Assembly (NCBI GenBank): GCA_964106645.2
Contig: OZ067045.1
DNA length: 64,000 nt
From: Podarcis pityusensis
Lineage: Eukaryota
Reading direction: 5' to 3' (one strand)
How positions within the stretch are numbered: the first letter of the stretch is position 1; every line of letters begins with the position of its first letter. Position numbers and translations under genes: made by a program. The notes beneath the pieces were generated by a model, which saw only the letters and a list, made by a program, of their open reading frames with translations, was not told the DNA's origin and ran no database searches. Positions 1 through 11,300 of this stretch are shown piece after piece.

Positions 1-350
1 TTAGAAATGGATGTAAAAAATGGACGGAATGTATATTGGAAACTGAATAAAAATTAATTATAATTTTTTTTTTTGCTGAAACTGCAAAAGCTGTGGGGAA
101 TCTTCCTCAACCCACCATACTTTCATGCAGAAATGCCACCTGCCTGCTTCATTAGAAAGGTTGGAGGAACTGGAAGATGAACTTAAAGTGCAGGATTGTG
201 GGGACTGCACCACCCCCATCATCCCTGATCTGTGAGCCTGCTGGGAGCTTGGAGTCTAGCAACATCACCTGTAAGGCTATTGGTTCCCCATCCCTGTTCA
301 AATTCAAGGAGGATCAATTCTGCCTGCTCCCAGCAAGATTTGTAAGGAAG

Positions 351-595
351 AAGAAGAGTTTGGATTTGATACCCTGCCTTTCACTCCCCTTCAGGAGTCT
401 CAAAGCGGCTAACGTTCTCCTTTCCCTTCCTCCCCCACAACAAACACTCTGTGAGGTGAGTGGGGCTGAGAGACTTCAGAGAAGCGTGACTGGCCCAAGG
501 TCACCCAGCAGCTGCATGTGGAGGAGCGGAGACGCGAACCCGGTTCCCCAGATTACGTGACTACCGCTCTTAACCACTACACCACACTGGCTCTC
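351..595 (-). mobile_element. tRNA-derived CORE-type SINE (Squam3-like), full length
   Basis: Minus strand begins GAGAGCCAGTGTGGTGTAGTGGTTAAGAGC (A box), GGTTCGCG (B box), CORE-like GGGTGACCTTGGGC, (CTT)n tail; AAGGAAG at 344-350 and 596-602 as probable TSD. Confidence 0.85.
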
Positions 596-1194
596 AAGGA
601 AGCAGCTTTTACCTTCATGGTAACAGAAAGCTGGAGTTAGTGAAGAATGTTAGGCAGGGTGAGATTCTTTTGGTGTGTGCGCACATGCATAGAAGCCCAT
701 TGTTTATGACGGCTCTGTTGACATCAGTACTTTTCATAGAACCATTTTAAAAAGGACTCGAACCTTCCTGACCCAAAGCTGCTCTCTTTCTCTTTCAATA
801 CACACAGAAGTCATGGTTGCTAAGCTAAACCAAAACCCAGAAATGCTGGCTTTAAAGCCAGTTGGTATTAATAACTTTGGGGCTGCAATTTTGCATGTTC
901 TGCTCACTTCTCTATCAATACTCCCATTTCTTCAGACCTGCTTCCTTCAGCTGTAAAATTCTAAAAACCAAACCGTAGAGCCACAGGAGGCTGTGCCATT
1001 TTAACTGAAGCAAACTGTGCCACTTCTAAAACACCCAAACTGTTCAATAGCTCTAAGTGTTTGAATGTGGCTGTGGCTTAATTAAAATCCTTTCACAGCC
1101 ACCAGCCGCCACCAGCAACTTCTATATTTTTTAGCTTCTTGCAATAAGGTGGCTGCCAGCCCCCAGGAGTTGAAAGGAGAAAATGATACAGAAT

Positions 1195-1215
1195 GCGCGC
1201 GCGCACACACACGCG

Positions 1216-1251
<36 letters not shown>
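1195..1251. repeat. Compound (CG)n/(CA)n microsatellite
   Basis: Seen directly. Confidence 0.95.
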
Positions 1252-2213
1252 GGACTTGGGTTGCCTGAAGGCAACAGTGTGAGAATCCCCAAGGAAGTGC
1301 TGTAGAAGACCTGTAGGTGCCAGCATAGTAAAATTAGCAAATGTCTGTGACACTCTTTGCAAGGCAGCTGCCTGGGTCAGCTTGTAGGCCCTGCTGAAAG
1401 CCTGTGCACCTGTACCCCCGCTTTAAATTCCCTGACGCCACCCCAGGGCTTTTCAAGTCTGGAAATCTAACTTCTTTGGGCTTACTGCTTATGAGGAAGC
1501 AGAACCCCCTCCTCAAAATACACACAGTAGTTCCAAGTAAAAGCGTATTCATTTCTGACTGTAGGTCTTGTGCTTCTGTGGAATGGGTTAAGAACTAGGG
1601 CACACTGCTTCAGGTGTATGGTCAGAGACTGCTGGCAAAATGGGATGTTTGCCCATGATATCCAACCAGTGTTCATTATTTTCCAGATCCACAGATAGGA
1701 AATGAACGCCATACAGCATGCAGAAATAAAAAAGCAAGGGTAACATATTCAGAGTAATGTTGGGCTCGAGTGCACCATCTCTTCCAAAAAGAAAAGAAAG
1801 AAGGAATATGTATCTTGGTTCTACTTGCATACAAAGGAAAAGTTCACACCCTGCAACTAACAACATGGCATAATTCTGTAGTCTCAAAATGTAGTGCAAA
1901 ATGACATCTACCCTTCCAACATGGCACAAACAGTGTAGATAGTAGTCTGCTACACCTGTTCCCATTACCTCTGTGGTAGAAAAGTAAAAATAAAACCCGC
2001 ACATACCAAAAAAAACCCCGCCCTCCAATCATGACTACTAACACTTTTGAGATTATATGATGGTTGCAAAGTTCTAAGCCTAGGACTCTCCAGCTAATTT
2101 ACTTTTAGTCAGACTTTGAACTTAAACCTTTTGTTGCGGTTGCAAGCTTTCAACTGGCTGTTATTGCGACTGCTGATAGAGCTTCATAAAGGGACATTTC
2201 AACCCAAGTAATC

Positions 2214-2796
2214 TGAGTGAGGAAGTGACCAAGTTCCACGCAGCTTGCTTTACGATAGTGAACGGAGAGAAAGAACCTTATTCCAGGCGTTTTTGTTACT
2301 AGAGTCACCTCTGGACTACGACAACTAGGCACTCCTTTGAATACTTAACAGGTTGAACAATTCCTATAATGGTATGGGGTTGCTCGTGCGTAAGTTGCCG
2401 CCTCTCCTGGCTATGTTGCCTTGTTAAACCTTTCTGTCTGGACAGCCCTTCAATTCGTGGCTGCCTCAGTCGCTAGCAGAATCCGTCAGTGGGCGTTTCT
2501 TAAACCTTTTCCAACATAAAAGTTGTTTGACACCCAGTCTCCTCCTACTTTCTCTGCGCGGAAGTCTTCTGCGCAGGGAGGGCGTGGGTAGCGGAGGACC
2601 CGTGCTCTCCCCGCTGGTGTCCGGTGAAGAGTCCTGGAGCCCTCTCGCCGATTCCCCTATCTGCCCCTCCTTATTCCTGGTGTTGCACTGAATTGCTTCC
2701 CCATCTGCTGAGCTGCCTCTCTCCCTGCTGGGCCCTTCTCCAGCATCATTAGAGAGCCTCCCCTCCACCTCTAGCTCCGATGTCAGTTCCCTGACA
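2214..2796 (-). mobile_element. Probable solo LTR
   Basis: Minus strand TGTCAGGG...CTCA termini, CpG-rich body, AATAAG near the 3' end, imperfect 4-bp flanks AATC/ATTC; family not identified. Confidence 0.4.
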
Positions 2797-4179
2797 ATTC
2801 CCTTTCAAAGGAAGCGAGTGTGGACCCACTTACTTATCTCCACTGACTTTGCCATAAGAACACTGACCAATGCCAGGAAGAACAAGGTTGTCAGCCTTAC
2901 TGGAAGCTAGCAGGACTGGCACCTGCTTGCTCAGAGAAAACCAGGCCTTCATTTCTAACAATGCCGTGAAGAGTAACAGGGACCCTGCAAAGCTCCCAGT
3001 GAAAAAGACAAAAACTCTCAACTCCTTTTCTGTTACTACTAGTTTCAGCAGCAAACAATTTGAATCACACCCATTTTCCATACAGAAGATGTAACAATGC
3101 TTCTTTATGCCACTGCTGCAGTAGAATTTTCATCTTATGGAAAGGTGAGTGGCCTTGACCCAGTCACTCCTTGGCTGAAGAAGGCAGGGTCAGGAGCAGA
3201 GCTCAGTGTTCCTGCACCGTTTAAAAAAAAAAAATTAAGAGGGGGAAAATACCGTACAGTGAGAAGAAGGCTTTTGAAACGCACCCCCTCGGCCTGACTT
3301 GCCTTGAAGCACGATCGGATTAAAGCCTGCTCCTGCAGAAGCCTCCCCAGCAATACTTAAAACAGTTTTCAGTTTCCGGTGATCACATGTAAACACAGCA
3401 ACCCAGTAACAAATGAAGTAAAACAAGGGTTATTTTGCATTTTCTTTTGGAATGACAAGGCGAGGCCATCCTAGACTTCCACAAATTGCAAAAAGCAGCC
3501 TGAGGGGGGGGGGCTCATTTAAGAGCAGATGAGCCATCACAGGGAGAGCCAGCAGCTGGTTATCTCAGGCGGCCAACAGAGATCAAACTTGTTCAGATGG
3601 AGAAGGTGCTTTACAGAGAACAATCTACAAATGGAAAAAGCTTCGTGGAGGTGTATTGGGATGTGCGGACACAGCACACACACACCCCAACCGGATAAAA
3701 TTGGCCAAGCAGAAATTCTGACACCGCGAACCATTAACCACATTATGTACACTCCTTTCACCTCAAAGGAAGGGAAAGCAACACACTCCCTTAAGGGCAG
3801 GCGGGAGGTGTAAGAGATTTAATAAGCACCTTATTGGAGGATAATGCTCACAAGGAAGCTGCAGCCGTACTGAGCCTTTCTGCACACTGTAAATCGCCTG
3901 CAGCAGAGTGCAAAGGTTGGTGAACACACTCTGGCATGCTGCACAGAAAATCCATCCGTAACAAAACCTTTCCCAAAGAGTGACCCACCTCTTCTTTATT
4001 TACTCCTTTAACTTCCTCCCTCCCTGCTTGCCCAATAGATTTGGGCAAACAGGCCACGGGGGCAGTTCAGGTCAGAAATCTTAATGCCCCCCCTCCGAGG
4101 GAGGCAGCATGCCATGGCTTGAGGGGGCCCGGCACCTTCAAAGCTGCCATCAAAAGAAGCCACTTTCTTGTGCTTTTAA

Positions 4180-5003
4180 ACTTGCAAGGTTTGTCTTTAT
4201 TTTGTTCTTTATATTTTGAAAGTGAAAAGAAATAGTATCGAGTCAATTTCTTTCTTTTTTTAAATATTTGTTCTATGTATTTACAAGCCTTAAAGTTGCT
4301 CTAAAGGTTCTGAAAGTATCACTAGTACTTTTTGCTGCTTCTTTTTTCTTCTTTCTCCAGGATAGCACTGTTTTGCTTTGAGCAAGTTATTTTTCCAAGC
4401 AGTCTGGTCCACAGCCGTTTTCTCAAACGCGGTTTTCCTTCAGCTCCAAGGTTATGCTTTGTTGCTTTTGATTTTTTTAAATTGTGGAAAGCAAGCTGAG
4501 AGGCAGGCGGAAAAAAATGATGATTTTTTTTTCTTTTTTAAAAAAAGTTCATCTCCCTCATCCTAGTTCATTCCCAAACCCCTTTAGAATTTAATACACA
4601 GATACCGTGCTTTGAAACAAAACTGAGGTGGCTCTGAAAAGGGAGGGAAATTTATTTATCTGTTTTTTTTTTGTCTATTATACAATTTGCTACAGAAACT
4701 GCAAATTTAAAAATTACACTGACATTTGCAGTTCTTAAAATAATAAATTAAAGTTCTCACTTTTTGTCTAAAGAGATTTGTTTCTTTTTAAAGTAGGAGT
4801 CCTTGTTTAAAAAGGAAAAATAAAAGATTAAAACAGAAAATATTTTTCTATAAATAGATGTATTTTGGTTTAGTGCTCCTGCCCTCAGGTTTGAAGTGGA
4901 CTTGAATTTTCAAGTACTTTTTGTCCTCCATGATCGCCTTTGCGTTTATATCGGTTTTTTTTGTCTCCTCTCCCACTCGTGCACATGTGGGGGAAGGGGG
5001 GGG
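4180..5003 (-). other. EIF4G3: EIF4G3 3'UTR (AU-rich); distal boundary approximate
   Basis: AT-rich tract directly downstream of the last coding exon, ending near an AATAAA. Confidence 0.7.
4196..4201 (-). terminator. Polyadenylation signal AATAAA (alternatives at 4651-4656 and 3995-4000)
   Basis: TTTATT on + strand at the end of the AT-rich UTR. Confidence 0.55.
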
Positions 5004-5144
5004 NNNNNNNNNNNNNNNNNNNNNNNNNNNNNNNNNNNNNNNNNNNNNNNNNNNNNNNNNNNNNNNNNNNNNNNNNNNNNNNNNNNNNNNNNNNNNNNNN
5101 NNNNNNNNNNNNNNNNNNNNNNNNNNNNNNNNNNNNNNNNNNNN
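5004..5144. other. Assembly gap (141 N) covering the EIF4G3 stop codon and start of the 3'UTR
   Basis: N run seen directly, next to a G homopolymer. Confidence 0.99.
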
Positions 5145-5312
5145 ACTCCTCTTCGGCTTCTCGTAGCCACGTGAAGAATGCCGTGACCGATTTTAATGCT
5201 ACGCCTTTCCCGTTCTGTTCCGCAGGGTCTTTGCTGCTTTCCCACTTGTAGAAGGCATCCTCTGATATCACCTCCTCATCATACAGGCAATCAAAAAACA
5301 TCCGTAACAAAT
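5145..5312 (-). CDS. EIF4G3: EIF4G3 last exon, coding part ([14 protein letters not shown]...WLREAEEE), truncated by N gap
   Basis: ccacag acceptor, phase 1; acidic/aromatic W2 boxes (Mnk-binding region). Confidence 0.97.
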
Positions 5313-8300
5313 CTGTGGGGGAAGGAAAGGAAGAGGTGAACACTCCCCCCTGGACAGCAACCAAAGCAGACACGACTGGCTAGCAAGCTCAGTTCAAAAT
5401 GTGAATTGCAGTGTGCTGAGCCTTCAACCCAACCCTCCACTTATATTTTATAAATTTACTCCGCCTGACCCCTTTTAGTCCTTCCTCAATCAGGGAGCCA
5501 ATGAAACACAAATATCATTGCTCTTCAGAGCTCAGAGGGCTCTCCCAGGTGAGAGGCCTTTCTAGGGCTCCACAGTGGGTAGGTTTTTGTTCAGATGGTG
5601 TGGCTAAGCTGAAGGAACATCCTGCATCAGGGCAGGTTTAGAATCCAGGCTCCCAACACTGAAAAAAACTTTCAGATAGATAGATAAATAAATAATATGT
5701 GGATGATATAAAACTGAGGAGAAATTGCCATATACTTGACATTTCCTCCATTTCTCTGGATGACAAGGGTAATAGGACTGGAAACAGAGAAACTGGAAAC
5801 AGAGGGCTGCCTTTTTTGGTTGCTGACTGGGAGCCACATTCAAACTCAGGAGGATTTTCTGTGGCCCTTATTCATCCTGAACAAAAGCAAAATGACGCAC
5901 CCCAAGAAAATCTAGTACAAATTGGCTTTGGGGTACCAGCAAACGGCCCTACAGCCAGTGACAGCACATCATGTTCCGTCCTATTTTACACAAGCCCAAT
6001 TCAACGGACCAAGGCCCAAAGACCACCCTGACCCTGAGTACACTTACTCGGAGGTTGATCAAGTTTTACTATTGATGCTTGTAGTGCGTAAAGTGCTTGT
6101 AGTTCCTTCTCTGTGTCCGCGTCTAGGTACTTAAGTAAGATCGGCACTCTCTGCTTGATAACAGCAGTGTCCACTCGCAAGCTAGAACTGTCCACTAGAA
6201 AAGAGAAGAGATTCAATGTCAGCGTTTGGTTAAAAGCTGGCCAGGAAGGAGGAAGGCAGGCAACTCTTATCCTCTGTCTTCACAGACAAATCTCAATTCA
6301 AGGCAAAAAGGATAGCAGCAGCAGAAATTAAACATTCTTCAACGTCTGGACTGCTTATGCAATTGGAAAGGTTTATTTCACCAGCTCATCTTCCAAAAAT
6401 TAGAAGCTTTGAAAGAAAGAGGCTGTGTCACTTCATCCTACCTCCTGCAATTTTAGGTACCAAAAATATAAAAGATGGAATACATCACTACCTGTATCTG
6501 GGATCTAAAAATATTTAGGCTTGACTCTCACTGGGCGGTACCCCTTCACACTATAGGAGTGGGGTTCACATTGTGGAATGCTCTTCCATATCCCTCCCCC
6601 CAATATCTCTGCACACAGAAAGCTAGCATGTCAGGACAGAAACCTGACACACTTGTTTTCTATATGCAGGGACTCATTAGCTGGTGTGTTAATGTTCTCC
6701 TCTCCCCTCACAGTTTTACTGAACTTCTGAAGTGGCCACAAGTATGGACTTTAGCCAACTAAATCCCCATTCAGCTACACTACAAAAGCACAAAAAGGTT
6801 TAATGCACAGAAACTGGAAGGCAAAAAGGCAACACTCTCACTGGCACCCCTGCCCCAAATCCATGGGGGCCACTGCTGGCTAGAATTCAAAGATCTCCTT
6901 ACACACACCCTCAAAATGAAGAACTGCCATTGGAACAGTTATCACTTGATGTTTTCTAATGGAACAACTCAGGATATAAAACAACTGGTGGAAACGGTAA
7001 TAAGGTAGGTGATTTCTCTTCTTCCAACCATAGTATGCTTCCAAATGATATGGATTGGATTCACAGAAAAAACGGATCTGGAGAATCCCAGAAATCCCTG
7101 GGATGGAAGACACATTAACATGACCTGTTCTGGTCGCTCATTATCTGTGTCTCATCAGTGGGACATTTCACGCAGAGCGCAGGCTTAAAAAGAGACTGTG
7201 GCGAAGAATTCAAATTCCATGCAAAACAGAGGAAAGATATTGATGGCTTCATGTCTAAAACTTCTGGATGAACGTTACTCACCTATAATAGCGGCTTTAC
7301 AAACTGCTGTCATTAAAGCTCTAAGGAATGTAGGTGAACTCATCTGGCTCTCGTCTAGATTAGCCTGAAATCAAGAGTATTTGCAGAAGTCAAAAAAGCC
7401 CACGAGTTGCATCACAGCGCCTCGTCTGAAGAACTCGCTGATGAAGGAATCTTATAAGCTCACTCATTAAAGTGCTTCCTACCAGATCAGCTCACCCCAA
7501 AGTGCTCCTGGGAGCAGGAAAATGGCTTATATTCTCTCCCCCAATTCTGCCTTCTATGGTGCTATTTATTCAGCAGGAAAAACAGTCTGTTGCTGGAGAG
7601 TCACATAAAAAAGGCATTCTAGGATGGAACTCAGTGCTACAGATCAAAACCCTCTGGCATCTGTAAAAGCAATAATTTCTCTCTAGCCCTACAATGCAGC
7701 CCTCTAGGCGAGCAAAATTGTGTTCTGGTGACAAGCAGCAATCCCCAGGGGCGAAACCAGACTCTGGTGAAAGTGAGGGTCAGGAAAGCAGCGTGGAGAC
7801 AGGTGAGGGCTGTGGTGAAATGCTCCCAACCCCGTGATTCTGTAAGAACCAAGAGCGCACTCCTGAGAGCTGCTCTTTCCAAGAGCCCAGGCTCCAGGAA
7901 CTGTAACAGATGGGTTCAAATAACTCTTAACTTATTAGTGTACGGGCATAGATGGACTTGGGCTTTGTACCTCTACCCAATCAAAGATCTGCTCATCATT
8001 CGCCTTGTCCTCGATAATGAGTTTCTCCAGCTGTTTGTTCAACTCTTCAGCAGAGAGCTCCTTCTTTGAAAGTGCTTCTGAGGAACTGGAACTATCAGTC
8101 TCTGTGAAGTCCAACTTCTGCAGTGTTACAAGAGAAAAGAGAATGGCTTTAGTTTGGCATGACATGCAGGGTTCCCCGCCCACACCGGTGAACACCCTGA
8201 AGTGGGGTTTAACCATCTATTCTTCCAAAGGGTTAAAGACCTTTTGCAGTGGAGGCTGGTCCCATCTCAAGGGTCAGAAGGGACAACATAGCATCTAGTC

Positions 8301-11300
8301 AAACCTCCTCCCCCTATCAGAAGTGAACAGAGTGACCAAAAGGTCAGAGTGACCCTGCTCTGGCTCCCAACTCACCTGCTCCATGAGAAAGGTGTGGACA
8401 TCTTCCTCTTCAGGTAAGAAGTCTTTCCAACTGAGGCCAGCCTCCCTCCATAAGGCTGCCACTTTCTTATGGCTCTAGAACACAGAAGGAATTTGAAAAA
8501 TCAAAGAAAGGAGAGCAGCGAGACCCAAAACAGCCACGGTGTTCAACGCAAGCTCCAACCCCACCATGACAGTTCTTTTTCGGGGGTGAGGGGGAAACCT
8601 GGGTGAGTGCAAAGTATCACATTCAATATCCCAACTTTAGGATGTTCTTTTCCAACAGGAGGGTTCAATCCAATGCTGCTGTGGGGTCAACGGGATTCAG
8701 CAATCAGTGGGGCCAAGAAAGTGCCACCCTTTCTAGGGTAGGGGCCTGCTCAGGTTGGGACAGCAACCGGGAACATCTCTGAATTAGAAGCATCTTCAGA
8801 ATGAGGCTGTCCTTTGTGATTCCTGCTCCTGATCAACTAAAGGCAGCTTCAAAGCCTTTTCAGGCAAAAGGTGAATGCAACTCACTGACTTGGGAGTCTT
8901 GGGCAGGCTTCTTGACATTTTTCAATACACTACAGATTCCCTTTGCACACACACATCCAGATCTGCAAGTGACCTAGAACACTTACCATTTGTTTGCATA
9001 GAAGGTGCAATATTTCGGAAAGCAAGATGCCGGCTCTTCCCACAGGGAGCAAGGGTTTGCTAAATTCTCTGCAATAGGAGAGAGCAAGAGAGCAGTGTAA
9101 GCTTTGCCACCTGACAGGCAACTAGCACATGGTGAAAGGCCACCATGAAGGGGGGTGAGGGCTCTGGCCTTCACTAAGTTCTACTTCAATCTTCGACCAC
9201 AGAAGCAACTCTATTCTGGAGCTGGAGGGAGACCACAGCAGACAAGGTTTGACAGGCAGGATATTTGGGGAGTTGCCACCCTCTGCTGGTTCAGCCCTTA
9301 AGGCAGGGGTGGCAAGCCTCTGGCCTGCTGGGAAACCTTATTTAGCCTGCCAGACTGTTTCTGGTAAACTGCACCCACCTGCCATCATATGAGACATCAG
9401 GTGTGGGACCAGGGCTAGTGTGGCTTAAAATGAGCTCTTAAGCGTTCCTTTGCTGGAGGTAAGGCATGTTCCCACTGTCCAACAGCTGAAGCACACCTTG
9501 CTCCAGACTCATGATGGGTTTACACTGAAATCTCTGTGAAAGCCCCTGTTTTAGCTGAGGTCTGTGCAAATCCCTTCGTGATCTGGGAGTGTGCCTTCAA
9601 AAAGAAACATTGCCTGACGTCATTTTAACTGGTGGGCTCTGTACACGTGACAAATTAGGCCCATGAGGGGTTTAAATCTGGCTTAACCGGGGTGTGGAAA
9701 TTCACTGCCCCAAGGCAATAACAATACAGTTTGTAGCAAGCAACAGGTCTCGCATAGGTCACTGTGGTTGACTGTGGCTAGCTTGACCTTATCTATGCAA
9801 GGAGTTCCAAGGGCAGCCGGTGCAAGCATCACCCCACAGCTAACGGAGAAAGAGTGCAGCTTACGTCAGAAGTTCTCTCATAGAGATTCCTCCTTCTTTC
9901 AACATAGGCGTCACCAACTCAGCCAGGTATAACCATATGTGGGGTATATCGATGGCCATGTCGTCTGCCGTCTCTAAGGTGTCTGCAAACCTAAGGAGGG
10001 AAGCAGAGTTGCTCAAGGCACATTCCATCTGGGAGGCAGCTGGTCACTCTCTGCATCCAGCCCAAATGTAACTGTTTGTAGTGAGCACCCATGAAAGAAA
10101 GAAAAAATACCCAGAGATCTTGCTTCCTTCCCTGGCAGACTACCAACCCCTTGAAAAAGTCCTGCTTGCTGAGCTTCTCCGACTGCACCAGCTGATACAG
10201 CAACTGGCCCATGTGGTCTCTGGTGATCTGACTCCGCTCCAGGGTTGACTCCACGCCCACCTGCACAAACATAGGCAGCACTCCCGGTATGCTCAGCTCC
10301 TCCACGCACTGCATCGCTTCCTGTCCAGACAATACAAAAGGAGGTTTCTCTGTAGTCCGTGGGCTAAGAGACTTTCCTTGTGCAAAGCTCCTCAGCTGAC
10401 CTTAATAAAGGTCCTTCTTGCTCTCTGCACTGATATTGTAAGATCAGCGGCCACAAAGCCAGACCTCAGAAAGGGTGGCTTTTAAATGCTTAAGCCCTCC
10501 ACCCCAAGAGAAAACTTCAATGCACGCCACGATGGGCCCTGCTCTCCTTACCTTATAATCGTTTATGTGCAGGAACTCGTCAATGATCGATTTGCACTTT
10601 CTCTCTATTTCCTCTTCTGACAATGCAGGTTTTTCTTGGGCTGGGGATGTGGAAATTTCAGGCTTGGCTGTTAAGACAGTTGAATGGGTAAGGGGAGAGG
10701 GAGAGAAAGAGGCAAGAAATGTAGAAGGCTTACTTCAATGCAATGCCAGAGAGGCATTTTTCCCATGCAAAATGCCATTGTCATTACAGACAAGTCCTTA
10801 GGTTGTGTCCTGCCATTCTTCGTAAGTCCTACATGCAGCTACACACTCTAGGATCTGTGGTGTAATTCATCCCAGAGAGAGATCTGCACAGAATACCTCG
10901 CTTTAGATCACCACCATTTTGACTCAGAAGGGGCAACAAATGAACGTGGATGAAATAATGCTATGAGCTCAAGAGGGAATGGACATAAATTAAAAGTAAA
11001 GGTAAAGGTACCCCTGCCCATACAGGCCAGTCCTGACAGACTCTAGGGTTGTGCGCTCATCTCACTCTAGAGGCTGGGAGCCAGCGCTGTCCGCAGACAC
11101 TTCTGGGTCATGTGGCCAGCGTGACGAAGCTGCTCTGGCGAGCCAGAGCCGCACACGGAAACGCCGTTTACCTTCCCGCTAGTAAGCGGTCCCTATTTAT
11201 CTACTTGCACCCAAGGGTGCTTTCGAACTGCTAGGTTGGCAGGTGCTGGGACCGAGCAATGGGAGCGCACCCCGCCGCGGGGATTCGAACCGACCATGCG

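Noticed and set aside
1-4000. Exons of the neighbouring gene HP1BP3
   Set aside because: No recognisable peptide or clear promoter CpG island in this stretch.
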